From the NCBI GenBank assembly GCA_913041415.1, contig CAJWHS010000001.1, forward strand, positions 3,844 through 67,843: a DNA stretch of 64,000 nucleotides, given 5' to 3'. Shown in pieces: positions 25,511 through 34,154 of this stretch (positions within the stretch are counted from its first letter, which is position 1; every line of letters begins with the position of its first letter). The translations under genes and the position numbers were made by a program. The notes under the pieces are model-generated. The model had not been told where the DNA came from. It saw nothing but the letters and a program-made list of their open reading frames with translations, and searched no databases. Source of the stretch: an uncultured Acidimicrobiaceae bacterium (GTDB lineage Bacteria > Actinomycetota > Acidimicrobiia > Acidimicrobiales > Aldehydirespiratoraceae).

Positions 25511-26644
25511 TTACGCCGTGAGTCGATCCGTTGCGGTGCGGAGATCGTCGGAGGGCTGGACGGCGGCGAACCGGACGTGGTCAGTGCGGCTGCCGTAGAA
25601 CTCGCTCGGGCTGACGATCACGCCGGCTCGCTCGGCGAGAGTTCGGGCGAGCGCCCAGGAATCACCGTCGGGGGCTGCGGCCCACAGGTAGAAGCCCCCA
25701 CCAGGAAGCTCGACATCAGCGCCGGTCGCCCGCAACAGGGCGAGGCCGAGTTCGAGACGTTCTCGATAGATCTCCCGCTGCGCGTCGACGTGCTGCTGAT
25801 CGTTGAAGGCGGCAACGGCTGCCGCCTGGACCGGGCCGGGCACCATCAAGCCTGCGTGCTTTCGGACTTCGCGCAGATACTGCACAAGGTCGGTGTCGCC
25901 GGCGTAGAAGCCGGCTCGGCCGCCGGCGAGGTTCGAGCGTTTGGAGAGCGAGTGCAACGCGAGCACGCTGTCGGTGCCGTGTTGCAGGATCGACTGTGGC
26001 GCTCCGTCCCAGGTGAATTCGACGTAGCACTCGTCGGAGAGCACGGTGACGTCGTGTTCTCGACCGAACGCTGCGGCAGCAGCGAGATCGTCGATGCCGC
26101 CCGCTGGATTTCCGGGCGTGTTGACCCACAGGCACAGTGCTCGGGCGGCGTCATCAGGATCGATGGCGGTGAGGTCGATGCGCCACTGCCCGTCAACAGG
26201 CACCGCGACGGCTCGACAGCCCGAGAAGATGGCACCCTGCTCGTAGCTCGGGTACGACACCTCGGGGTAGAGGACGGTGTCGCGATCGGGCCGACGCATC
26301 CGCAGATAGTGCGGGGTACCAGCGACGAACTCCTTGGTGCCGACGGTGGCCCCGATCTGTGTCGTAGGGTCGACATGGGCATCGACGATACGAGCCATCC
26401 ATCGGGCGGCAGCCTCGCGAAAGGCGAGTGATCCGATCGAAGGCGGATAACCCCGTTCGGCGTTCGACGACGACAGCGCCTTGATCACCGACGCTGGTGG
26501 CGGATCGATCGGTGCGCCGATCGAGCAGTCGATAACCGCACCGAAACGACCCCGGGCGACCGCTCGCAGTTCGTCGAGCAGGTCGTAGGGATACGGCGGT
26601 GGGTCGTACGGCGTCTGGTACGGGTGCGTCGTATCACTCACCAT
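25511..26644 (-). CDS. dapC: Succinyldiaminopimelate aminotransferase (class I aminotransferase)
   Basis: 377 aa with the DapC-like N-terminus PPYPYDLLDEL...IDCSIGAPIDPPP and the SLSKRSNLAGGR PLP-Lys region. It lies adjacent to dapD/dapE. Confidence 0.8.
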   Translation of the reverse strand: MVSDTTHPYQTPYDPPPYPYDLLDELRAVARGRFGAVIDCSIGAPIDPPPASVIKALSSSNAERGYPPSIGSLAFREAAARWMARIVDAHVDPTTQIGATVGTKEFVAGTPHYLRMRRPDRDTVLYPEVSYPSYEQGAIFSGCRAVAVPVDGQWRIDLTAIDPDDAARALCLWVNTPGNPAGGIDDLAAAAAFGREHDVTVLSDECYVEFTWDGAPQSILQHGTDSVLALHSLSKRSNLAGGRAGFYAGDTDLVQYLREVRKHAGLMVPGPVQAAAVAAFNDQQHVDAQREIYRERLELGLALLRATGADVELPGGGFYLWAAAPDGDSWALARTLAERAGVIVSPSEFYGSRTDHVRFAAVQPSDDLRTATDRLTA

Positions 26645-28143
26645 TCGTCCTCTTCGTGGAGCTGCTGTGACGGTACGTCGCCGTCGACAGTCAGCACGTA
26701 CTCGTGCAAGTGTCCGAGCGACGCCGGCTCAAGCCGGGCCTTGAGCCGCATCCCGTGTTCCTCCGCGCGCTCCGATAAGACCTGACCCTCGCGGTGTACC
26801 GAGGCGAGCACGTCGCCGCGATCCCAGGGGATCATCAGCTCGGCGAGAGCGGTCATCGACCGAACCCGATCCCCGATTACCGCCGTTAGGTGTTCGAGGT
26901 TGAAGCCGGAGTGGGCCGAAACAGCGACGCTGCCCTCATACTTTTCGGCCAAGCGCTCGGAACCATCGCCTTGGTCGGCCTTGTTGAAGACGAGGAGCTC
27001 AGGCACATCACCTGCCCCGATCTCCTCGAGCACCTCACGTACGGCGTCCATCCACCCGACCGGGTCGTGTCCATTCCCGTCGACAACGTGAACGAGCAGG
27101 TCGGCATCGCGAACAACGTCGAGGGTGGTCTTGAACGCGGTGACGAGCTGGTGAGGCAGCTTGCGGACGAACCCGACCGTGTCGGTGGCGAAGACCGTCT
27201 CACCGCCTGGCAGGGCGAGGCGTCGAGTGGTGGCGTCGAGCGTGGCGAAGAGTCGATCCTCGACATGAACATCGGCACCGGCAAGGCGGTTCAGTAGCGA
27301 CGATTTGCCGGCGTTGGTGTACCCGACGAGGGCGATCGCCCGGTTGCGGTTGCGAGAGCGCTGTTTCGACTGTGTCTCGCGATGCGCCTGGACCTTGCGC
27401 AGGTCGGCTTCGAGCTTGTGTACCCGACGCACGAGACGGCGACGGTCGACCTCGAGCTGGGTCTCGCCCGGGCCTCTGGTGCCGATACCGCCGCCCTGCT
27501 GGGAGAAGGTGCGGCCGCTTGAGCGAAGACGCGGGAGGCGGTATCGCAGTTGGGCGAGTTCCACCTGGGCCTTGCCTTCCTGGCTGCTGGCGTTCTGGGC
27601 GAAAATGTCGAGTATGACGGCGGTGCGGTCGAGCGCCGACCGGCCGAGAATCTTCTCGAGGTTGTATTGCTGGGCCGGGGTGAGCTCGTCGTCGAAGACG
27701 ACCGTGTCGGCATCGATCGCGTTGGCGGCTGCCTTGATCTCCTTGGCCTTACCTGAACCGACGTAGGTGGCCGCATCGGGTGACACGCGGCGCTGCACGA
27801 CGCGGTCGAGCGCGTCGGCACCGGCGGTGTCGACCAGCAGCGCCAGCTCGTCGAGCGAGGCATCGGTCTCCTCTGGATCGTCGCCGCCAAGGGTGACGCC
27901 GACGAGCACGATGCGCTCCCGGAAGGTCCGCTCGATGAGGCCACCGGACTCGCCGCCATAGTCGCCGAACGCGCCGCGGTGGCTATCTTCGGCCTCGACG
28001 ATGAGATCGGACACGTCGTCGTCCCGGTCGAACTCGTCGATCAGGCCGTCGGTGTCGAAGATGTTCGGGGGCTCGCGCTCGCCGCTGCTGCCCTGGTCAG
28101 GCACCCGGCCCCCCAAGGTCAGGGACGAGGAGATCGGCGACAT
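26638..28143 (-). CDS. hflX: GTPase HflX
   Basis: G1 GYTNAGKSSLLN, G3 DTVGF, G4 NKAD and an HflX N-domain. The start is uncertain, with candidates at 28194, 28143 and 28104. Confidence 0.9.
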   Translation of the reverse strand: MSPISSSLTLGGRVPDQGSSGEREPPNIFDTDGLIDEFDRDDDVSDLIVEAEDSHRGAFGDYGGESGGLIERTFRERIVLVGVTLGGDDPEETDASLDELALLVDTAGADALDRVVQRRVSPDAATYVGSGKAKEIKAAANAIDADTVVFDDELTPAQQYNLEKILGRSALDRTAVILDIFAQNASSQEGKAQVELAQLRYRLPRLRSSGRTFSQQGGGIGTRGPGETQLEVDRRRLVRRVHKLEADLRKVQAHRETQSKQRSRNRNRAIALVGYTNAGKSSLLNRLAGADVHVEDRLFATLDATTRRLALPGGETVFATDTVGFVRKLPHQLVTAFKTTLDVVRDADLLVHVVDGNGHDPVGWMDAVREVLEEIGAGDVPELLVFNKADQGDGSERLAEKYEGSVAVSAHSGFNLEHLTAVIGDRVRSMTALAELMIPWDRGDVLASVHREGQVLSERAEEHGMRLKARLEPASLGHLHEYVLTVDGDVPSQQLHEEDEW

Positions 28144-28954
28144 AGGTCGCCGGGCCGGTGAGGGTGGTGGGATCGCCCACGTCGACCAGTGCATCGCCGC
28201 CGGGCATGCGCACGATCACCTTGCGATCGACGAGGCCCCAGCGATGGAAGATGTCGGCCGAGACGGTGGCGCCAGTGCCGCATGCGTTGGTGATGCCGGC
28301 GCCTCGCTCCCAGATGCGGTGGTAGAGCTCGTCGGTGCCGCTCACGGTCACGAAGTGCACATTGGCGCCGTCTTCGAAGTGGCCTTCGATCGCGGGTCCG
28401 GCGAGGGCCAGGTCGATCTCGTCAGGGTCGTCGACCTCGCAGACGACATGCGGATTGCCGATGTCGCCCATTTCCCAGCGCTTCACCGACGCAACTGGCG
28501 CACCGACGGCCTCCATGAGTTCGGCGACGTCGGGAGCAGGCCCGGGGCGCACCACGCCCATGTCGACCGTGGCGGTCACGACGTGAGGCTCATCGGTGTC
28601 CTGCACCGTACACTCCCGCACGCCGGCCGGGGTGGAGACCGAGAGGTGGAGATCGGCGACATCATGCGCCCGGGCGACCGCCTGAGCGAAGCAGCGCAAG
28701 CCGTTGCCGCTCAGCGCGGCGGGGCTGCCATCACTGTTGAACAGCCGCATGACGATCTCGCCCTCATCGTCATGGTTGGGTCCGGGTGGCAGGCCGAAGA
28801 TCAGCCCGTCGGCCCCGATGCCGGTGCGGCGATCACACCAGGTGCGGGCGCGCGTGACGGCGTCGAGAGGAAGGTGTTCGGCGAGACAAACGAGAAAATC
28901 GTTGCCAAGACCGTGGTGTTTGGAGAGACGGATTGGTGTCGGCGCAAGGGCCAT
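28097..28954 (-). CDS. dapF: Diaminopimelate epimerase
   Basis: ATG at 28954 gives MALAPTPIRLSKHHGLGNDFLV. The two catalytic Cys regions are SGNGLRC and NACGTGA. Confidence 0.9.
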   Translation of the reverse strand: MALAPTPIRLSKHHGLGNDFLVCLAEHLPLDAVTRARTWCDRRTGIGADGLIFGLPPGPNHDDEGEIVMRLFNSDGSPAALSGNGLRCFAQAVARAHDVADLHLSVSTPAGVRECTVQDTDEPHVVTATVDMGVVRPGPAPDVAELMEAVGAPVASVKRWEMGDIGNPHVVCEVDDPDEIDLALAGPAIEGHFEDGANVHFVTVSGTDELYHRIWERGAGITNACGTGATVSADIFHRWGLVDRKVIVRMPGGDALVDVGDPTTLTGPATYVADLLVPDLGGPGA

Positions 28955-29010
28955 GTCCCCATCATCGCAGGGAACGGGCGAACTTCGACACGTTGCCCGG
29001 CCGATTGCGA

Positions 29011-29946
29011 TCAGCGACCGGCAGCCGCCGACCAGTGTTCGATGACTGCGTCGACATCCGGCGGAGCGTCGACCCAGTGGATGCGGGGATCGCGTCGGAA
29101 CCAGCGCTCCTGCCGGCGGGCGAACTGACGGGTTCGGGTGATCGCGAGATCGAGCGCTTCCTCGAGGCTGCATTCGCCGGCGACATGCATGAGGAGCTCT
29201 CGGTACCCCAGTGCCTGCCTGGCCGTTCGGCTCGGGGCCCGCTGGGCGAGCCATCGGACCTCGTCCAGGAACCCCTCGGCCATCTGCTGCTCGTGCCGCG
29301 CGGCGATTCGCACGTCGAGGTCGGCTCGATCCCATCGCAGGGCGACCTGCACGAACTCGGACTCGCCGTAAGTGTCGAGCCCGGGCCCGAACGACGAGAA
29401 CGGCCGCCCTGAACCCAGTGTGACCTCGAGCGCCCGCACGACACGGCGCCGGTTCGTGGGCTCCATCCGTGACGCAGCAGTGGGGTCGAGCTCGGCAAGG
29501 CGGGCGTGAAGCCCCGCCGTATTGAGGTCGGTCTCCAACTCGACCGCCACGTCGGGAAACTGTCCCGGGATCTCCAAGTCGTCGATGACCGCTCGGAGGT
29601 AAAGGCCAGTCCCGCCGACGAGGATCGGCACCGCTCCTCGCCGGCGGGCGCTGTCGATCGCGCTGCGGGCGAGCGACTGGAACTCGCTAACGGTGAAGGC
29701 GTGGGACGGGTCGACCAGATCGATCAGGTGATGTCGGACGTGGGCCTGCTCTGCTGCCGCGGGTGTGGCGGTGCCGACGTTCATCCCGCAGTAGACCTGC
29801 ATCGAGTCGATCGAGATCAGTTCTGCCTCGCCGCCCCCTGCGCGAATGCGATCGACGAGCGCAAGCGCGAGCGCCGACTTGCCAGACGCAGTGGAACCGA
29901 GGATCGCCAGCGGGTGGTTCCGGTGGGGAGCCCAAATGTCGGTCAT
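29011..29946 (-). CDS. miaA: tRNA dimethylallyltransferase
   Basis: P-loop GSTASGKSALA and the DSMQVY motif. Confidence 0.9.
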   Translation of the reverse strand: MTDIWAPHRNHPLAILGSTASGKSALALALVDRIRAGGGEAELISIDSMQVYCGMNVGTATPAAAEQAHVRHHLIDLVDPSHAFTVSEFQSLARSAIDSARRRGAVPILVGGTGLYLRAVIDDLEIPGQFPDVAVELETDLNTAGLHARLAELDPTAASRMEPTNRRRVVRALEVTLGSGRPFSSFGPGLDTYGESEFVQVALRWDRADLDVRIAARHEQQMAEGFLDEVRWLAQRAPSRTARQALGYRELLMHVAGECSLEEALDLAITRTRQFARRQERWFRRDPRIHWVDAPPDVDAVIEHWSAAAGR

Positions 29947-30509
29947 GACGCGTCTACTGGTTCGGCGACGCCGACCTCCTCGGCGATCGAGCCGAGGAGC
30001 TGGCAGGTGTCGAGACGGCGAACATCGATGTCATCAAGCCCGTACGTATCGAGGAACGGGGCAACGACGGCGGGCCCGAACCGAAGCGCCAACGCAACGG
30101 CCGCTCGCGCAAGATCGAGGTGACGATCGCCTGCCACGGTGTCTCCCAGCACGATCATCGAACCGTCCCGCTGCAGCTCGACCATGCCGAGGTCGAGACC
30201 CGGCGTGATCGCCACCTCGGCGGTGTCGGTCTCGGGGAGGGCGGTAACGGTCTCGACGGCGAGGCGCGCCATCTCGTGGCGGGAACGGTCGAGGTACGGA
30301 CCGGAGTCGAAGATGGCGTCGTCCTCGGCCTCGGCGGCAGCCCGCACGACAGACGCGAAGACCGCCAGATCGACCCGGCCATCGGTGCTCGGCGTTGCAG
30401 TGTGCTTGGCAGCGAGGGTGCGTCCGAGGGCGCGGGCGGCCTGTTCGGGATCGATCGGAACGGTCGGATCCGAGAGGGAAATGCCCTCGGTGTCGGCGGG
30501 GCCAGCCAT
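29943..30509 (-). CDS. Hypothetical protein with a degenerate phosphotransferase (APH-like) C-lobe
   Basis: ATG at 30509. ITPGLDLGMVELQRDGSMIVLGDTVAGDRHLDLA resembles the HGDxxxxN...D...GD..DLA region of APH kinases but lacks the His-x-Asp. It has an ATGA overlap with miaA. Confidence 0.45.
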   Translation of the reverse strand: MAGPADTEGISLSDPTVPIDPEQAARALGRTLAAKHTATPSTDGRVDLAVFASVVRAAAEAEDDAIFDSGPYLDRSRHEMARLAVETVTALPETDTAEVAITPGLDLGMVELQRDGSMIVLGDTVAGDRHLDLARAAVALALRFGPAVVAPFLDTYGLDDIDVRRLDTCQLLGSIAEEVGVAEPVDAS

Positions 30510-30513
30510 CGGC

Positions 30514-32034
30514 TCAGCCCGAGACGACCGGGATCCGGGTGCGGTGACGGGCCGGAATCGTGATCTCGACGAGCTCGCCCAGCAGATGATTCGTTTTCGC
30601 GTCGAGCACACGAACGGTGGCGTAGGTGCCGGGCTTGATCGGTGACGGACTCGGGAAATGGATGAGGGTGTTGCGGCGGGTCCGGCCGGTGAGCACCGAC
30701 AGATCCTTCTTGCTGGGCCCTTCGACTGTCACTTCCTCCACCACGCCGACCCGGCTGTGGTTGGCCTTCAGACTGGAGCGCTCGATCACCGTGCGCAGGC
30801 GTTCATAGCGTTCGACGGCGACCTTGTGAGGTACCGCGAGCTCGGGCTGTTGGTCGAGCAGTTCAGCTGCTTCGGTGCCCGGGCGGGGAGAGAACACGAA
30901 GGTGAAGGCGCTCGCGAACTCGGCTGCGGCCGCCACCTCAAGGGTGCGCTCGAAGTCCTCGTCGGTCTCGCCGGGGAACCCGACGATGATGTCGGTGGAG
31001 ACGGCCAGGCTGGGAATGGTCGCCCGGGCCTCTGCGAGCTTTTCGAGGAAGCGCTCGCTCGTGTAACCCCGATGCATCAGCTTCAGGACCCGGTCGGATC
31101 CGGCCTGCAGCGGGAAGTGCAGGTGTTCACAGACCTCGGGCGTCTCGGCCATGGCCTCAAAGGTCTCGGTGCGCATGTCCTTGGGGTGCGGTGAGGTGTA
31201 GCGGATCCGGTGCACACCCTCGATCGCTCCGATGTCGCGGAGCAGGTCACCAAACAACGGACGGGCACGACGGTCAGTTGCCCAACGGTCGCCACACCAG
31301 AACGATTCGTCCTCATCGGCGGCGCCGTCGCTGATGTCTAGGGCCCGGCGGGCAAGAGCGAGGTCGCGGCCATAGCTGTTGACGTTTTGACCGAGGAGCG
31401 TGATCTCGCTGACCCCGTCGGCGGCGAGATCGCGTGCTTCATCGACAAGTTCGCCGAATGGACGAGAGATTTCGGGGCCGCGAACGGCGGGCACGATGCA
31501 GAACGCGCAGGTGTTGTCGCAGCCGATCTGGATCGTGAGCCAACCGGCGTGGTCCACCTCTCGCCGGGCAGGCAATGCCGACGGGAAGGCCTCCTGGTTG
31601 TCGCGGGCGGTCGCCTCGAGGATCTCGACGGTCGGGCCGTGCTCTTGGGCGTGGTCGAGGAGTTCGAGCGCGCGGTGCACATTGTGTGTGCCGAAGACGA
31701 CGTCGACATGGCCCGCACGATCCATGATCGTGTCGCGGTCTTTTTGGGCCAGACAGCCACCGACGGCGATCTGAACGTCGGGGTTCTGTTCTTTCAGCAC
31801 CTTGAGGTGGCCGAGGGCGCCGTAGAGCTTGTTGTCGGCGTTTTCTCGAATGCAGCAGGTGTTGAGGACGATCACGTCGGCGTCGGCGACGTCGTCGACG
31901 CGGTTCATCCCGTCGGCCTCGAGCAGGCCGGAGATCCGCTCAGAGTCGTGCTCGTTCATCTGACAGCCGTACGTCTTGACGACGTAGGACTTGCCTTGAC
32001 GGCTCACAGCGGTGTCGTTCACCTGATCGGTCAC
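30514..32034 (-). CDS. miaB: tRNA-i6A37 methylthiotransferase
   Basis: N-terminal KTYGCQMNEHDSE, radical-SAM CDNTCAFCIVP and a TRAM C-terminus. GTG start. Confidence 0.95.
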   Translation of the reverse strand: MTDQVNDTAVSRQGKSYVVKTYGCQMNEHDSERISGLLEADGMNRVDDVADADVIVLNTCCIRENADNKLYGALGHLKVLKEQNPDVQIAVGGCLAQKDRDTIMDRAGHVDVVFGTHNVHRALELLDHAQEHGPTVEILEATARDNQEAFPSALPARREVDHAGWLTIQIGCDNTCAFCIVPAVRGPEISRPFGELVDEARDLAADGVSEITLLGQNVNSYGRDLALARRALDISDGAADEDESFWCGDRWATDRRARPLFGDLLRDIGAIEGVHRIRYTSPHPKDMRTETFEAMAETPEVCEHLHFPLQAGSDRVLKLMHRGYTSERFLEKLAEARATIPSLAVSTDIIVGFPGETDEDFERTLEVAAAAEFASAFTFVFSPRPGTEAAELLDQQPELAVPHKVAVERYERLRTVIERSSLKANHSRVGVVEEVTVEGPSKKDLSVLTGRTRRNTLIHFPSPSPIKPGTYATVRVLDAKTNHLLGELVEITIPARHRTRIPVVSG

Positions 32035-32116
32035 GCCTCAGAGGTTACCGACAGCAGCACGCAGGCCGTGGTGCGGGCGGTAACCGACTCCAGCGCCACC
32101 GGCTGACCTACTGCCG

Positions 32117-32155
32117 GAAAACCTGAAGCGGACCACCCCGAGAGGAGTGGCCCGC
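32117..32155 (-). terminator. Intrinsic terminator candidate downstream of recA
   Basis: The minus strand reads GCGGGCCAC-(10 nt)-GUGGUCCGC, a 9-bp stem with one G-U pair, followed by UUCAGGUUUUCC. A second perfect 9-bp hairpin lies at 32241-32268. Confidence 0.5.
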
Positions 32156-32313
32156 TCTCACGCCCGTGCGCTCGCCGATTGGCGCCGCCGGAATCGGGGA
32201 AGAATCCAGACAGCACCGTGCGTCACGCACAGGCGGGGAAACGAAGGTGGGTCGTTGTTCACCTTCGTGTGATCGGTCGGCCAGATCGTGTCGGCAGTGG
32301 GGTCGCTGCTCGG

Positions 32314-33384
32314 CTAGTCGTCGAGGGCGATCGGCATGTCGTCGGCGTCGGAGAACTCTTCGTCCTCATCGACGTCAGTGACATCGGTCGCCTCTTCCTC
32401 GTCGGGCATGACAGTCTTCCAGACACGGTCGGAGATCTCGACCATGACCTCGGGGTTCTCCGTGAGGTACTTCTTGGCGTTCTCTCGGCCCTGGCCGAGT
32501 TGCTCGCCGTCGTAGGTGTACCAGGCACCCGACTTTTTCACGATCGCCTCTTCGACGGCAAGGTCGAGGACGGAACCCTCACGGGAGATACCGGTGCCGT
32601 ACATGATGTCGAACTCGGCCTGCTTGAACGGCGGGCTGACCTTGTTCTTCACGACCTTCACCCGAGTGCGGTTGCCCACGACCTCGACGCCGTCCTTGAT
32701 CGACTCGATACGGCGGATGTCGAGACGTACCGACGAGTAGAACTTCAGCGCACGGCCGCCCGGAGTGGTTTCGGGCGAGCCGAACATGACACCGATCTTC
32801 TCGCGCAGTTGGTTGATGAAGATGCAGATTGTCTTGGACTTGTTGAGGTTGCCGGTGAGCTTGCGCAACGCCTGCGACATGAGTCGGGCCTGGAGACCGA
32901 CGTGGGTGTCGCCCATCTCGCCTTCGATCTCAGCGCGGGGCGTGAGCGCCGCCACCGAGTCGATCACGACGACGTCGAGCGCACCGGAGCGGATGAGCAT
33001 GTCGGTGATCTCGAGCGCCTGTTCGCCGGTGTCGGGCTGCGAGATCAGCAGCTCATCGATGTCGACACCGATGGCCTTGGCGTAGACCGGATCCATGGCG
33101 TGCTCGGCATCGATGTAGGCACAGGTGCCGCCATTGCGCTGCGCCTCGGCCACGACATGGGTGGCGAGGGTGGACTTGCCCGAGGACTCCGGGCCGTAGA
33201 TCTCGGTGATACGGCCTCGCGGCAAGCCGCCGATACCGAGCGCGAGGTCGAGGGCCAGGGCGCCGGTCGGCACCGACTCGATGGCCATTGTTGTCTTGTC
33301 CCCCATCTTCATGACGGAGCCCTTGCCGAACTGCTTCTCGATCTGGCCGAGTGCCATGTCCAGCGCCTTGTCTCGTTCCACCAT
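32314..33384 (-). CDS. recA: Recombinase RecA
   Basis: ATG at 33384 gives [25 protein letters not shown]. Walker A is [11 protein letters not shown]. The C-terminal tail is acidic. No intein. Confidence 0.97.
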   Translation of the reverse strand: MVERDKALDMALGQIEKQFGKGSVMKMGDKTTMAIESVPTGALALDLALGIGGLPRGRITEIYGPESSGKSTLATHVVAEAQRNGGTCAYIDAEHAMDPVYAKAIGVDIDELLISQPDTGEQALEITDMLIRSGALDVVVIDSVAALTPRAEIEGEMGDTHVGLQARLMSQALRKLTGNLNKSKTICIFINQLREKIGVMFGSPETTPGGRALKFYSSVRLDIRRIESIKDGVEVVGNRTRVKVVKNKVSPPFKQAEFDIMYGTGISREGSVLDLAVEEAIVKKSGAWYTYDGEQLGQGRENAKKYLTENPEVMVEISDRVWKTVMPDEEEATDVTDVDEDEEFSDADDMPIALDD

Positions 33385-33451
33385 CGTTTGTCCTCTGCTG
33401 TGTGCTGCCCGGCTGAACCGGGCGTTGGTTGCCTTGGGGGGTGTGGGGTCG

Positions 33452-33473
33452 AACCTACGGAGGGGGTGTGACA
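33452..33473 (-). promoter_or_regulatory. RecA-NDp-like promoter element upstream of recA
   Basis: Gene strand reads TGTCACAC-CCCCTCCG-TAGGTT. Compare the mycobacterial motif TGTCRGTG-N8-TAnnnT. Confidence 0.55.
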
Positions 33474-33502
33474 CGCCCGGACCTGTGGGAACGAATGACA
33501 TC

Positions 33503-33531
33503 AACGTAATTGCGAACAGCTGTTCGGTCAA
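33503..33531 (-). promoter_or_regulatory. LexA-repressible recA promoter with an embedded SOS box
   Basis: Gene strand reads TTGACC-N17-TACGTT. The 17-nt spacer contains the perfect box CGAACAGCTGTTCG (33513-33526). Confidence 0.8.
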
Positions 33532-33682
33532 GGACCAAACGCAAGGAAATCACGAGAACGCGTCACCCAGCGGGGTTTTCCGCGAAAACGAGATCAGAAC
33601 CAGCCCCTCCCGCGTTTCCGCTTACGGGTCCGTTGATGCGAAACTTGCAGGACGCCACGCACTGAAGACGCCAGGAGGCCCC

Positions 33683-34090
33683 ATGGCTGAGACCAGCAGC
33701 TACAACGACGCCGAACTCCGTGAGCGTCTGACCCCCGAGCAGTACACCGTCACCCAGCAAGCGGGTACCGAACGAGCCTTCACCGGCGAGTACTGGGACT
33801 GCCACGACGACGGCACCTACCGCTGCGTCGTCTGCGACATCCCACTCTTCTCCAGCGACACCAAGTACGAGTCCGGCTCAGGCTGGCCGTCGTTCTTCGA
33901 AGCCGTCGGCCCTGACGTCATCGAGGTCCGCAGCGACACCAGCCATGGCATGATCCGCGAGGAAGCCGTATGCGCCAACTGCGGTGCGCACCTCGGTCAC
34001 CGGTTCCCCGACGGCCCGGCTCCGACCGGTGAGCGCTACTGCATGAACAGTGCAGCCATGCGTCTCGACCGAGACACCGCCGAGGAGTGA
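33683..34090 (+). CDS. msrB: Peptide-methionine (R)-S-oxide reductase
   Basis: ATG at 33683 follows an AGGAGG RBS. Zn-binding pairs are CVVC and CANC, and the catalytic region is RYCMNS. Confidence 0.95.
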   Translation: MAETSSYNDAELRERLTPEQYTVTQQAGTERAFTGEYWDCHDDGTYRCVVCDIPLFSSDTKYESGSGWPSFFEAVGPDVIEVRSDTSHGMIREEAVCANCGAHLGHRFPDGPAPTGERYCMNSAAMRLDRDTAEE

Positions 34091-34109
34091 CCCGACGTCC
34101 TCTATCGCA

Positions 34110-34130
34110 GTGGGTGTCAGCGACACCCAC
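34110..34130. terminator. Perfect 9-bp inverted repeat (GTGGGTGTC-AGC-GACACCCAC) after msrB
   Basis: Read directly from the sequence, 20 nt after the msrB stop and 25 nt before the helicase ATG. Confidence 0.4.
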
Positions 34131-34154
34131 CGGGCCAGCCGGTACGGTGAGTGG

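Noticed and set aside
33385-33531. N-terminal extensions offered by the ORF track for recA, the LysM gene (22576-22734), lexA (22693-22839), dapE (24631-24834), dapF (28955-29335), msrB (33206-33682), the 54057 gene (55209-55457) and others.
   Set aside because: The extensions are Arg/Pro-rich, overlap neighbouring genes or contain the promoters and operators. Conserved protein N-termini and RBS or leaderless signals point to the internal starts used here.
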